Positions 17,918-27,706 of a DNA stretch of 32,000 nt are shown one piece after another. Position 1 is the first letter of the stretch. Each line of letters opens with the position of its first letter. The position numbers were made by a program, and so were the translations under genes. Source of the DNA: Desulfocapsa sulfexigens DSM 10523 (GTDB lineage: Bacteria > Desulfobacterota > Desulfobulbia > Desulfobulbales > Desulfocapsaceae); contig NC_020304.1 in the NCBI RefSeq assembly GCF_000341395.1, positions 810,001 through 842,000 on the forward strand. Direction: 5' to 3'. The notes under the pieces are model-generated. The model did not search any database. It was not told the DNA's origin and was given only the letters and a program-made list of their open reading frames with translations.

Positions 17918-19750
17918 TTATTCCTTATTGTAATAATAGTGCGCGTCATTCAGGGCCTTGAGAATTTCAGGTTGCATTTGTGATAATAATTTTTTTCCAT
18001 CAACGACCTCATCATCCAAACTCATTGCCAGGTTTTTATGTTGAGTCGTTGACTTGAAAGGAATAACCAACTTTCCAAAATCATTAATCAAGCCGATATC
18101 TGACCAGCTCGCCACCACCACGTTGTTCGTTTCAAGAGGAAATGACAAATCAGTCCCTAAACTATAATCTTTAGTTGGGTTTTCTATCCCGAGACGACTT
18201 AAAATTGTCGCCGGAACATCCATGTGGCTTGTACGTTGTGTTACTTTTTTTGCAATGCTGCCTGGCATCCAGACAATCATGGGCACTCTCACCTGCCAAT
18301 CTGTGAAGGCTGAATTATGCCCCCAACGACCGCGTTCCATAAACTCTTCACCATGATCCCCTGTTACAATGAGAAGAGTATTGTCAATATCTCCAGAGTT
18401 TTCAAGAGACTCAACAATACGCTGTAATTGAATATCAATACCGTACGCCGCGTTATCATATCTTGCTTTCATTCCCTTAATCTGCGGAGCAAGTTCTTTT
18501 CGTGACAATCCTGTATAATCCAGGGATTGAAGGTAATCATTTCTTAATGCAGCATTGTCCGGAAAAGAATATCGTGCATGTGTGGACTCGTAAAACAGAA
18601 AGCCATAGAAAGGTCTTGAGTGGTCCCTCGTTTGGATGGCATTAATCAATGCTGTCGTATTTTTACGATCGCGTTTCCATGGCTCACCTCTATTGTTTTC
18701 TATTAATTTTTCCGGTGGAATTGCACTGAAAATTGTTCTGTCAAATTCAGGATAGGAAAACTTTGCACTGGTATAGATAAAATATTGGTAATTATACTGG
18801 TTGAGGACATCAAACAATACAGGTCCTTGCTGGTTACGGAGGAAGACATCCCAATAATTTCCCTGAAGACCATAAAAGAGAGCAAATAAACCCTGTCGAG
18901 TCCCGTTACCACCCGAATAATGTCTTGTGAAGTTCCATGCTTTTTCTGCAAAAGCAGACATATTGGGCATGACTGTCGGCGACAGCAGGTCCCAGCGCAT
19001 TGACTCTGACACCAGCATAATAATATTAAGAGGTTTATTAACTTTTGAAATTACTATTGGAACTTTGGGGTAGTTGAGTTGCCTGGATTCGTTTTGAGAC
19101 ATGCTGACTTGAGATACCTGCTCAACTTTTATGCCCATTCTTTTTAAGAACGAATTAATACTTGTCGTCTGGTATAAAAATATCGCATCCCCTCTTTCTA
19201 AAACGGGGCCGTAAAGTTGAGCCTTGCTGTATCCATAAACCCCACGCTCAGCAAAAGTGATGAAAAACAACAGGATCAATACCTTGATGACCGGAAAATG
19301 AAAACGGGAAAGTCTCAGTGCCATATACAGGCCACCAATATGAAGTGCCGCCAGTACCGAGACATAGCCGAGGGTGACAAGCACATTTGTCTGATCTGCA
19401 CCTAAGGAATCTATACCGCCAGGACTCGTCAGCAGATTCCAGACAAAACCATTAAGATGAAAGCCATAGAGATCATACAAATGGGAATCAACAAAGACAA
19501 GAACATGTCCAAGCACAGCCAGCAAGATGGAGAAAGCTACTGCAACATTACGCCAGCGCCGTAACAACCAATAGCTGACAATCGCAGGCCCTTGATACAT
19601 TAGCCCATATGTCACGAGAACCATCAAGGTATGCAACTGATCCCGAAATGTCTCATTGGGAATACTATTTAAAAAATGGCTTGATAAGAACACGCTAAAG
19701 AGCCACGTGCATAAAAAATACACCTTCATATTAATACGTTCAGACATCAT
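17918..19750 (-). CDS. YejM/PbgA-like inner membrane sulfatase-family protein (DUF3413-type N-terminus)
   Basis: 610 aa; N-terminal TM bundle, then alkaline-phosphatase superfamily domain (IMLVSESMRWDLLSPTVMPNMSAFAEKAWNFTRHYSGGNGTRQGLFALFYG, LIVTGDHGEEFMERGRWGHNSAFTDWQVRVPMIVWMPG). Confidence 0.8.
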   Translation of the reverse strand: MMSERINMKVYFLCTWLFSVFLSSHFLNSIPNETFRDQLHTLMVLVTYGLMYQGPAIVSYWLLRRWRNVAVAFSILLAVLGHVLVFVDSHLYDLYGFHLNGFVWNLLTSPGGIDSLGADQTNVLVTLGYVSVLAALHIGGLYMALRLSRFHFPVIKVLILLFFITFAERGVYGYSKAQLYGPVLERGDAIFLYQTTSINSFLKRMGIKVEQVSQVSMSQNESRQLNYPKVPIVISKVNKPLNIIMLVSESMRWDLLSPTVMPNMSAFAEKAWNFTRHYSGGNGTRQGLFALFYGLQGNYWDVFLRNQQGPVLFDVLNQYNYQYFIYTSAKFSYPEFDRTIFSAIPPEKLIENNRGEPWKRDRKNTTALINAIQTRDHSRPFYGFLFYESTHARYSFPDNAALRNDYLQSLDYTGLSRKELAPQIKGMKARYDNAAYGIDIQLQRIVESLENSGDIDNTLLIVTGDHGEEFMERGRWGHNSAFTDWQVRVPMIVWMPGSIAKKVTQRTSHMDVPATILSRLGIENPTKDYSLGTDLSFPLETNNVVVASWSDIGLINDFGKLVIPFKSTTQHKNLAMSLDDEVVDGKKLLSQMQPEILKALNDAHYYYNKE

Positions 19751-20196
19751 TTACCGTGCACTTTCACTTGTTTTGATAACACCTGGACCACCTCTCAAAA
19801 AATGAACTCTCGTCCTGAACAGATAGCCTATGCAGAGCATAGCCAATCAATGTTCCTGTTTTGTACCACTAAAACCATGAAGAAGAGCGTTAAGATCGTT
19901 GCAACACATACCACCTTTAATACTTTTTTTCTTTGATGGCAGTATTAAAAAGGTTTATTAAACGCAGTTACGGTATAAGCTTCTAAAGTGGGCAAGCCCG
20001 CAAGGTATTTAGGCTGAAGGTCGCCATGTGTTGTCTTTCCTTCAGTCTAAAACCCTTCAGTCTGTGTACCTTCTCCTCATAACAAAGGAAATTGAAACTT
20101 GCTTTCTCGTTTTTTATACAGGAGTCCAAGTACAAGGTACTAACACAGTTACCACTGCTCAACAGATGAAAATAAAGAGCACGAGAAAATCCCGGA

Positions 20197-22270
20197 ATGA
20201 AAGTAATTATCGCAGAAAAGCCATCGGTTGCACGTGACATTGCAAGTGTACTCGATATCAAGACCTACAAAAAAAGGTTATATCGAAGGACGTGGCTGCG
20301 CAGTTACCTGGGCCTTTGGACATCTGGTAACACTCCAGGAACCGGGTGAATATGATCCCGCCCTGAAACGCTGGTCACTTGACACTCTTCCCTTTGTACC
20401 GGAGGAATTCAAACTCAAACTGATAAGCAACCGCGGTGTTGCTGAACAGTTTCACATTATCAGAACACTTTTTGATCAGGCCGAAGAGATTGTATGCGCA
20501 ACTGATGCGGGACGGGAGGGTGAACTTATCTTCCGCTATATCCTGGCGCTCTGCAAAGCTGAAGAGAAACCGATTCGCCGGCTCTGGCTCAACTCGCTGA
20601 CGTCCGATGCAATTGAGGCGGCATTCAAGGATCTTCGCGACGGCCACGATTATGATCCGCTCTACGCTGCAGCCCGCTGTCGCAGTGAATCCGACTGGAT
20701 TGTGGGGCTCAACGCAACACGGTATTATACTGTTCGCCATGGAAGGATTGGTGGAGGGAAAGATCGCGTACTCTGGACCATCGGACGTGTCCAGACACCG
20801 GTTCTGGCCATGATTGTCGAGCGTGACGATGCTATTCTCCAGTTTCGTCCTCAGCCATTCTGGGAACTCAGTACCCGCTACCGGGAAGTGATCTTCAAAT
20901 ACAGCGGAAAACGCTTTGAAAACGAAGAAAAAGCGCAGGTGCTGCTCGAAAAACTGACAGATCAGCCCTTTACAATCACAGCCATTCGCGCCAAAAAGAA
21001 AAAAGAACAGCCACCACAGCTCTTTGATCTGACCACACTCCAGCGGGAACTCAACAAACTGCACGGAATCTCAGCTGCAGACACCCTCACTGCGACCCAG
21101 AGTCTTTACGAGGCCAAGCTTGTCACCTATCCGCGAACCGACTCCCGCTATCTCAGTGAAGACATGAAGCCGCGGATTCCAAAAATCTTGGAACAGCTGG
21201 GAACTCTTCGTCCCGAGCAGATAGCTCCGCTTGATCTTAAAAAACTTTCCTTCACCAACAGGATCATTAACGATAAAAAAGTAACCGACCATCATGCCAT
21301 TATCCCCACGGGAGTAATACCACGCAGATTCGGTACGAACGAACAACTGGTCTACGACGCTATCACTACACAGTTTATCGCTGCCTTTTATCCCGTCTGT
21401 CTCAAAAATATCACCACCGTCGATGGCACCAGTAACAAAATAAAATTTGAAGCCAAGGGAACCCAGATTGTTCATCCCGGTTGGACTGCTCTCTTTCCCC
21501 AGAAAACGAAGGCAGCCGAAGATGGACAAACGCTGCCTGACTTCACAAAAGACGAAAGCGGGCCCCACGCCCCCTTCCTCCGTGAAGGAAAGACCATGCC
21601 TCCCAAACACTTCTCAGAAAATTCGCTGCTCGGGGCAATGGAGGCGGCAGGAAAATTGGTTGAAGACGACATCCTGCGTGAAGCCCTTAAGGAGCGTGGT
21701 ATCGGGACACCTGCAACACGTGCTGCCATTATCGAGACTCTGCTCAGACGCAACTACATTCGGCGGGAGAAAAAACAGCTTCGCTGTACGGATATGGGCC
21801 GCTGCCTCATTGCCCTTATCAGGGACCCCTTGCTGAAATCGCCTGAGATGACGGGTGAATGGGAAGAAAAGCTTAAGCAGATAGAGCGCAATGAGCTTGC
21901 ACCCGATGACTTTATGGACGGAATCGGCAACTACATCCGAAATATGATTCACACCAGCAATACCGGGCAGCTGGATAACAGGCGCTGGGGAAACTGCCCG
22001 CTCTGCGGTAAAGATATTATCAAGGGAAAAAGAGCTTACGGCTGCTCCGCATGGAATGATGGCTGTACATTTGTTCTTGAGCCAAACTACAAAGAAACCA
22101 CTCTCTCCCCGAAACAGATTCAAATCCTCCTGCAACAGTGTATCCTGCCGAACCCGGTTCGCATCGATGATGAACCACGAATACTGATTCTCTCCACCCT
22201 GGGCGTCCCCATGGATCTGCGCCTCCCCTCCGCTGATCGTCAGAAACACCAGGCCAAAACAGATCGTTGA
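20197..22270 (+). CDS. topB: DNA topoisomerase III (type IA), with an apparent single-base frameshift at ~20269-20275
   Basis: True start MKVIIAEKPSVARDIASVLDIKTYK at 20197 in one frame, continuing as KKGYIEGRGCAVTWAFGHLVTL in the 20228..22270 ORF. Motifs CATDAGREGELIFRYI, LVTYPRTDSRYLS; C-terminal zinc-ribbon-like CPLCG..GCSAWNDGC. Length 2074 nt = 3x691+1. Confidence 0.93.
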
Positions 22271-22416
22271 TAGCTTCCAGGCAGTTTCTTCTCCAAACAA
22301 TTCAATGATCAGTAAAAAGATTTTTTGCGATCGCAGAATAGTATGTGATAGAATATCCAAATATCCATCAGACACATCCAAGAATACTCAGACAAAATAC
22401 CCAAGAGGCAACCACC

Positions 22417-22764
22417 ATGGAAAAAGGGGAAAAAAGAAACTTCATTCGACTGGACTCGTTGCACCTCCTGGACTACCTGATAATAGACAAAGAAGGGAGA
22501 CAAACCACCTACTCCATGGGACGAACCCTTGATGTCAGTGAGCACGGCCTGCAACTCGAGGTCACCCAGCCGATGAGCGTAGGAGACACCCTGCTTGTTA
22601 CAGTGGGCATTGAGGACGATCTGATCGATCTGGTAGGAGAAGTGAAATACGCCAAAGAAGCATCGAAGCGTTATACGGTTGGAATTGAGTTCTCCGACAT
22701 CAGCGATGAAGGGCTGCGGATACTGAAAAAATACATTGTAGCTTTTAATACGCACTGCAGCTGA
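22417..22764 (+). CDS. PilZ-domain-like protein
   Basis: 115 aa; MEKGEKRNFIRLDSLHLLDYLIID...GRTLDVSEHGLQLEVTQPMSVGDTLLVTVGIEDDLIDLVGEVKYAKE...YTVGIEF; RNFIR and DVSEHGLQL match the PilZ pattern. Confidence 0.78.
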   Translation: MEKGEKRNFIRLDSLHLLDYLIIDKEGRQTTYSMGRTLDVSEHGLQLEVTQPMSVGDTLLVTVGIEDDLIDLVGEVKYAKEASKRYTVGIEFSDISDEGLRILKKYIVAFNTHCS

Positions 22765-22831
22765 TCAGTTGACAGTATAGTAAAAAACAATCGGGGTATC
22801 CTTCAAAAGATCCTTTCAACTTTTTGCAAAA

Positions 22832-23995
22832 TCAGGCAGCCGGGATATGCAGATATTTTCGCAAAAAAATCCAGAGAGAAAAAGAAACCAGGCCACTGCC
22901 ACAGGCAAGCCAGCCAATAAATGCTATCTTATCCTCCCAGCCAAGTGATGCTATAGCCATGGCCATGGCACCAAAAATGAAGTACGAAAAGACCATGGTC
23001 GCAGAGGCCGTGCCGGCATCTGTTGTAACCTGTTCAAGGACAAGGTTATTGGATGGGGGGCGGCTCAGTCCGAGAGACAAGGTAATAAGCCCCATGGGGA
23101 GCGCGAGCTGCCAGCAACCGTTAGCCGGAGTCGCAAGCATCCACAGCCCACCAACACCTATGCCGCCATACCCTGCAGTTATCATCCGGAATGTTCCAAT
23201 TTTCTTTCCAAATCGCATACAGATCATGGAACCCGACATAAAACAGAGGGCATTGGCTCCAAAAAACAGGCCAAAGAGACTTTCCTCCATTTGAAACCTG
23301 TTGATGTAAATACTCGAAGAGGCGGCAATAAAAGAAAAGAGGGGGAGACTGGTAACGGCATTACAGAAAACAAGTCCAACTAGACGATAATTGCTCAAAA
23401 CCCGACCGTAACTCCTGAGCAGTGCGGCAACAGAAGTCCCCTCCTGAGCGGTATGCGTTTCAGGCGTCAGCAAAACTCCTGCAAGCGCCACCATTCCCAT
23501 CCCCCCCTGACTGACAAAAATCCAGGGCCAGGAAAGATATTTCATTATCAGACTCCCGGTTAGAGGAGCTACCATGGGGGCCAGGGCCATGATCACCGAA
23601 ATCTGGCTGAGAACCTTTTCCCGCGTCCCGATCTCCAACCTGTCTCTAGCCATGGCAAGGGAAATAGCCGACGCTGCTCCGGCTCCCATTGCCTGAACAA
23701 TTCGTGCTGCCACCAGCATCCAGATATTTTGTGCCAGAGCACAGAGAAAACTTGCTGCGACAAAAAGCAGCAAGCCTGCAATAAGTGGTGGTTTTCTTCC
23801 AAGTCGATCGGACAGGGGGCCGTAGAAAAGTAATGAAATACAGTAGGTAACAAAAAAAAGAGTGAGAGTCAGGTTTATAATGGAGAGAGGCTGCTGCCAG
23901 ATCTTCTGCAGATGAGGTGTGGCAGCAAGATACATATCAGTGGCCAAAGGTGGAAAGGCCGTAAGTAGGGCCAGGAGAAGGATAAAACGCTTCAT
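22832..23995 (-). CDS. MFS drug-resistance transporter, Bcr/CflA type
   Basis: 387 aa; TDMYLAATPHLQKIWQ, GPLSDRLGRKPPLIAGLLLF, RIVQAMGAGAASAISLAMARD. Confidence 0.88.
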   Translation of the reverse strand: MKRFILLLALLTAFPPLATDMYLAATPHLQKIWQQPLSIINLTLTLFFVTYCISLLFYGPLSDRLGRKPPLIAGLLLFVAASFLCALAQNIWMLVAARIVQAMGAGAASAISLAMARDRLEIGTREKVLSQISVIMALAPMVAPLTGSLIMKYLSWPWIFVSQGGMGMVALAGVLLTPETHTAQEGTSVAALLRSYGRVLSNYRLVGLVFCNAVTSLPLFSFIAASSSIYINRFQMEESLFGLFFGANALCFMSGSMICMRFGKKIGTFRMITAGYGGIGVGGLWMLATPANGCWQLALPMGLITLSLGLSRPPSNNLVLEQVTTDAGTASATMVFSYFIFGAMAMAIASLGWEDKIAFIGWLACGSGLVSFSLWIFLRKYLHIPAA

Positions 23996-24004
23996 AGCTT
24001 CCCT

Positions 24005-24934
24005 CTAAAAACCATACAGCTGCAAAACAAACAGCAAAATCGCATAGGTGAGTGATGAAAAAGCTGTGGCCATCATAACAATGGTTCCGGCAAGGTCACC
24101 ATCCCCCCCCATCTGGCAGGCCATGATATAGGTGGCAACTGCTGTTGGAGCCCCTGCCATAAGGAGGCCGATGGCAAAATCCAATCCTGAAATATTGAAT
24201 ACAAGCATAAACAGAGCAGTAATAAGAGGCATCAAGAGCAGTTTCATTGCGGTGGCAAGCAGGGCTTTTGGGACATCTCCCTTGAGACTGGCTAGGGAGA
24301 AACTGCCGCCAATGGAGAGGAGGGCAAGAGGCAAACTCATTCCTGTTGCAATATTGAGTGTTCGATCCAGAATGACCGGCATGGGAAACTTTAAAAAGCT
24401 CCATAAAAGACCAGCAAGAGAGGCGAGAATAAGCGGATTACTGATAATCAGGCGGATGATTTCTCTGAAACTGGTTTTCTGTTGCTGCTGAGGTAAAACA
24501 AGTGCCAGGATCGCGAAGAAATTCAAAACCGGAACCAGAAAACCAGTCAGGATTCCGGCCCTGGTCAAGCCAATATCACCATAGGCATTAAAAACAATAG
24601 CCAAACCGATATAGGCAAGATTTCCTCGGAACGCCCCCTGACAGAACGATCCATGGACGGATGGTGGGAAAGAACGCCACTTCCCGTACAAATACGCAAT
24701 TCCAAAACAACAGGCAATCCCGCCACTCGTTGCCATGACCAGTTTAAAATTAAAACTGGTGGAGAAATCTGCACCCGCTATCTTGTAAACAAGAAGCAGC
24801 GGCAGACAGATATAATAGACCAATTTATTGACTTCGGAAAAGAAATCCCTGCTCACAAGCCCCAGCTTGCGGATAGTGTATCCAAGTCCGATAACAAGAA
24901 ATACCGGGAGAACAATTTCGATAACATTCTGCAT
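24005..24934 (-). CDS. AEC family (auxin efflux carrier-like) transporter
   Basis: 309 aa; IGLGYTIRKLGLVSRDFFSEVNKLVYYICLPLLLVYKIA, CQGAFRGNLAYIGLAIVFNAYG, LLMAGAPTAVATYIMACQMGGDGDLAGTIV. Confidence 0.85.
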   Translation of the reverse strand: MQNVIEIVLPVFLVIGLGYTIRKLGLVSRDFFSEVNKLVYYICLPLLLVYKIAGADFSTSFNFKLVMATSGGIACCFGIAYLYGKWRSFPPSVHGSFCQGAFRGNLAYIGLAIVFNAYGDIGLTRAGILTGFLVPVLNFFAILALVLPQQQQKTSFREIIRLIISNPLILASLAGLLWSFLKFPMPVILDRTLNIATGMSLPLALLSIGGSFSLASLKGDVPKALLATAMKLLLMPLITALFMLVFNISGLDFAIGLLMAGAPTAVATYIMACQMGGDGDLAGTIVMMATAFSSLTYAILLFVLQLYGF

Positions 24935-25023
24935 GACTGCACATCTACTTGAGTGTTAATGCTTGTGCCACTCTTTTTAGGGCATAGCAATGTTATGTGA
25001 GCACGTACATTTTATTAAGAGAG

Positions 25024-25365
25024 TTACAAATTACAGGCCTGTTCCAATGCATCCTTTAATTCCGCACTCCACCAAAAAGTCAATGGGGGAGCCCCCCCCT
25101 CTACATTCAGACCAAAAACAATAAAATCATTTTTCCTGGTGGCGACAAAAAAATAATCAGCCCCTTTGGTGGTAACTGATGGTTTGTTTTTATTCTCTAA
25201 TTCGGCACAGGAGGGTTGATACTCCTCTATACGAATTTGAAATTGCTTTTCCCGTTTATTGGTCACAATAGCATGCTGGTGCCTCAGGATAACTGCTGAA
25301 GAGTACCCTGTAGTTATTCCAACAGAAAGAACAAGTAAATAAAGGATCGTTTTTTTCATCTGCAT
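25024..25365 (-). CDS. Small hypothetical protein with N-terminal hydrophobic signal
   Basis: 113 aa; MKKTILYLLVLSVGITTGYSSAVI leader, no family recognised. Confidence 0.45.
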   Translation of the reverse strand: MQMKKTILYLLVLSVGITTGYSSAVILRHQHAIVTNKREKQFQIRIEEYQPSCAELENKNKPSVTTKGADYFFVATRKNDFIVFGLNVEGGAPPLTFWWSAELKDALEQACNL

Positions 25366-25541
25366 TTCCTTTGCTATTCTTCGATATTATGGTTTACGTT
25401 ATTTTAAGGGTACTCCTTTCCAGGTTTTGTTTTAATAGTACTCCTATACACAATAGAATGGTCTCAAATTATTCGGATTTTAGTCCCTGTTCTTCAGAAC
25501 AAGGAGCATCCTCTCCAATAATGCTAAGGAAACAAGAAAAT

Positions 25542-26486
25542 ATGCGACTTTCAACAATCCCAGTTTGTTTTTTGGTTCTTCTCATCATCACTGGCTGTGA
25601 TGCATCAGTTAGTATTGAGACAACAAATCTTAGTGAACCTGCCATGAGTGAAAGGGTTGACCCAGTAGCCATGGCCCCCATTAATCCCGCTGATACTTTC
25701 TTACCTACGGTAGGTACTCTTCACGCAACAATTAAATTAAGCAATGCTCCTTCTGATACGACGGTAACGGTGCGTTTTTATTTTATGGAGCAGGAGAAGA
25801 GAGAAATTGCTCAGGATGCGATAACGACAAACGGTAATGGCTACATAGGTTTTTCCCTGGATCCTCCGAAAAGTGGCTGGCCCGAAGGAAAGTATCAGGT
25901 AGAATTTTATCTGGGAAAAAAGATGAAAGAGATGCTCACTTTCCACATAGAAAGCAAATCGCCGATTATACCAGAATCCACGTTAGCACCCTCCTCAAAA
26001 AAAGAACAGAGCTACAGACTGTTCAATGACAAACAGTTTGGGATGAGTTTTGAATTGCCAGAGAGCTGGAATTTCAAGGTAATAGGTAAAAACAATGATT
26101 ATCTGTTCCAGGGACCTCAGGGTGTTGACGAAGGAGAAATTGTAGTTGTTGTACAGATGATTGATACACGGCAACCACCCCAATCTACCCTGGATGATGA
26201 AATGACAAACCAGTTCAATATGATCAGCCAAAGAGATGGAGCAAAGATTGTTAAAAAAAGTGATTTTCAGGTTGCCGGAAAGAACGCACCCTATTTTCTC
26301 GCAACGTATCCCACACAAAACCAGCAGGATGAACTTGTTTCATGGGGACATACACAATTGGGCTTACAAAATGGGCCGATCATCCTTCTGATCAGTTATG
26401 CCGCCCCAAGAGACATTTATCAGAGTAAGGTTGATCTGTTCCAGCATATGATGGATAGCTTTCGGTTGAGCACACCAAATCCGTAG
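25542..26486 (+). CDS. Putative lipoprotein with C-terminal domain resembling PsbP/DUF1795-like folds
   Basis: MRLSTIPVCFLVLLIITGCDASV (lipobox ITGC). C-terminal FNDKQFGMSFELPESWNFKVIGKNNDYLFQGPQ...GEIVVVVQMI..WGHTQLGLQNGPIILLISYAAPRDIY. Confidence 0.65.
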   Translation: MRLSTIPVCFLVLLIITGCDASVSIETTNLSEPAMSERVDPVAMAPINPADTFLPTVGTLHATIKLSNAPSDTTVTVRFYFMEQEKREIAQDAITTNGNGYIGFSLDPPKSGWPEGKYQVEFYLGKKMKEMLTFHIESKSPIIPESTLAPSSKKEQSYRLFNDKQFGMSFELPESWNFKVIGKNNDYLFQGPQGVDEGEIVVVVQMIDTRQPPQSTLDDEMTNQFNMISQRDGAKIVKKSDFQVAGKNAPYFLATYPTQNQQDELVSWGHTQLGLQNGPIILLISYAAPRDIYQSKVDLFQHMMDSFRLSTPNP

Positions 26487-26490
26487 CAAC

Positions 26491-27468
26491 TTACTGCCTT
26501 TGAACAGATTCACCTAAAACAAAACCAACTTGCTTCTGGTAGGCTACCTTATACCATTCACCATGTTGTGAAATAACCTGCAATACAGTATCAGCAGGAA
26601 TTTTTGCAAGTACAGCAGCATAAATAGTATTTTCCAATTGTAGATAGGTCACACCAATTGTTTTAATATACGTAGGTATACTTTCTTCAGCATATTCTTC
26701 TGAAATTTCAATATCTGCCACGTCGACGGAAGACTTTTGTGATATATATTCAGCGCTTGCGTGCAATCCGAGAGCATTCAAGGTCGCATTGTCTAAGCGA
26801 CCTGTCACCAATAGGTTATGATCTCTCTGGTACTTTTCAAGGGCAATTCTTGTGTTTCTTCCCATCAGACCATCAGCCGTCCCTGGATTATAGTCTTGCT
26901 GTATCAGCAACTCCTGAACAGATTTCAGTTGGGGATTGTAATGTCTTTTTACACCGGAAATTATCCCTCTGTATTCCCTTGCAGGTGGTTTCCAGCTTTT
27001 CAAATAACAAAAAGAGTCGGAAGTAGTGTAGTCAAATGCCTGACATTGTGAATCCTGAGTGCAATTTTCTGAGCATTGTTGAACACTTTGCACACGAAAA
27101 CTTCTATAATCACCACCAGGACGTTGTATGTCATATCGAATATCCATATCTATACTAGTTGCGTCCACAGAGGGCTTCTCTGGAGAACCTGAGCGCTTAA
27201 AACCAGAAACAACCCCGGCATAATACCTTGCCGAATAGGCCCTGTTTTTTAACCAGCATGAGTTATCACTCTTGTAGAAATCAAATGCTTGACAGCGACG
27301 AGATTTTTCACATTTTTGAGCACATGCCTCAGCACTTGCTGCTCTAAAACTAGTATAATCACCGCCAGGTCGTTGGGAATCGAGTTCGAGGTCAATAGAG
27401 TTGTATGCTTCTGCGAAAGCAGATGGCAAAAAAACAGCAAACAATATAATTACAATCAGTTTTATCAT
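26491..27468 (-). CDS. Secreted protein with tandem PAN/Apple domains, peptidoglycan-binding domain and SH3-like domain
   Basis: Signal MIKLIVIILFAVFLPSAFA. Two PAN-like repeats (QRPGGDYTSFRAASAEACAQKCEKSRRCQAFDFYKSDNSCWLKN; QRPGGDYRSFRVQSVQQCSENCTQDSQCQAFDYTTSDSFCYLKS). PG_binding_1-like LQEQLLIQQDYNPGTADGLMGRNTRIALEKYQRDH-type segment. SH3-like C-terminus. Confidence 0.75.
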   Translation of the reverse strand: MIKLIVIILFAVFLPSAFAEAYNSIDLELDSQRPGGDYTSFRAASAEACAQKCEKSRRCQAFDFYKSDNSCWLKNRAYSARYYAGVVSGFKRSGSPEKPSVDATSIDMDIRYDIQRPGGDYRSFRVQSVQQCSENCTQDSQCQAFDYTTSDSFCYLKSWKPPAREYRGIISGVKRHYNPQLKSVQELLIQQDYNPGTADGLMGRNTRIALEKYQRDHNLLVTGRLDNATLNALGLHASAEYISQKSSVDVADIEISEEYAEESIPTYIKTIGVTYLQLENTIYAAVLAKIPADTVLQVISQHGEWYKVAYQKQVGFVLGESVQRQ

Positions 27469-27706
27469 ATTTTCTCCTCTAGTGACCTTATCCATTACTC
27501 AGCAAAATGTTATTATTTTAGTCCATTACAATACCATTTCCCCATCTTTGGAAATGACGTATTAAGACGATCTGACAGGATCTGCTTTTTCTGATTCTTG
27601 ATTCTAAAATCCCAGTGTTCACCGTAATAACTTGATACTGCGTGAGGAGTTGGTGTGTCACCTCTGTCAGCATGATTATGTGAAATAATCATTTCATATC
27701 CGTACG

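Noticed and set aside
20375-21610. Long minus-strand ORFs (229 aa and 179 aa) inside topB
   Set aside because: Antisense shadow ORFs opposite conserved topoisomerase sequence.
22824-23294. 156-aa plus-strand ORF over the MFS transporter
   Set aside because: Antisense to a convincing Bcr/CflA-type transporter.
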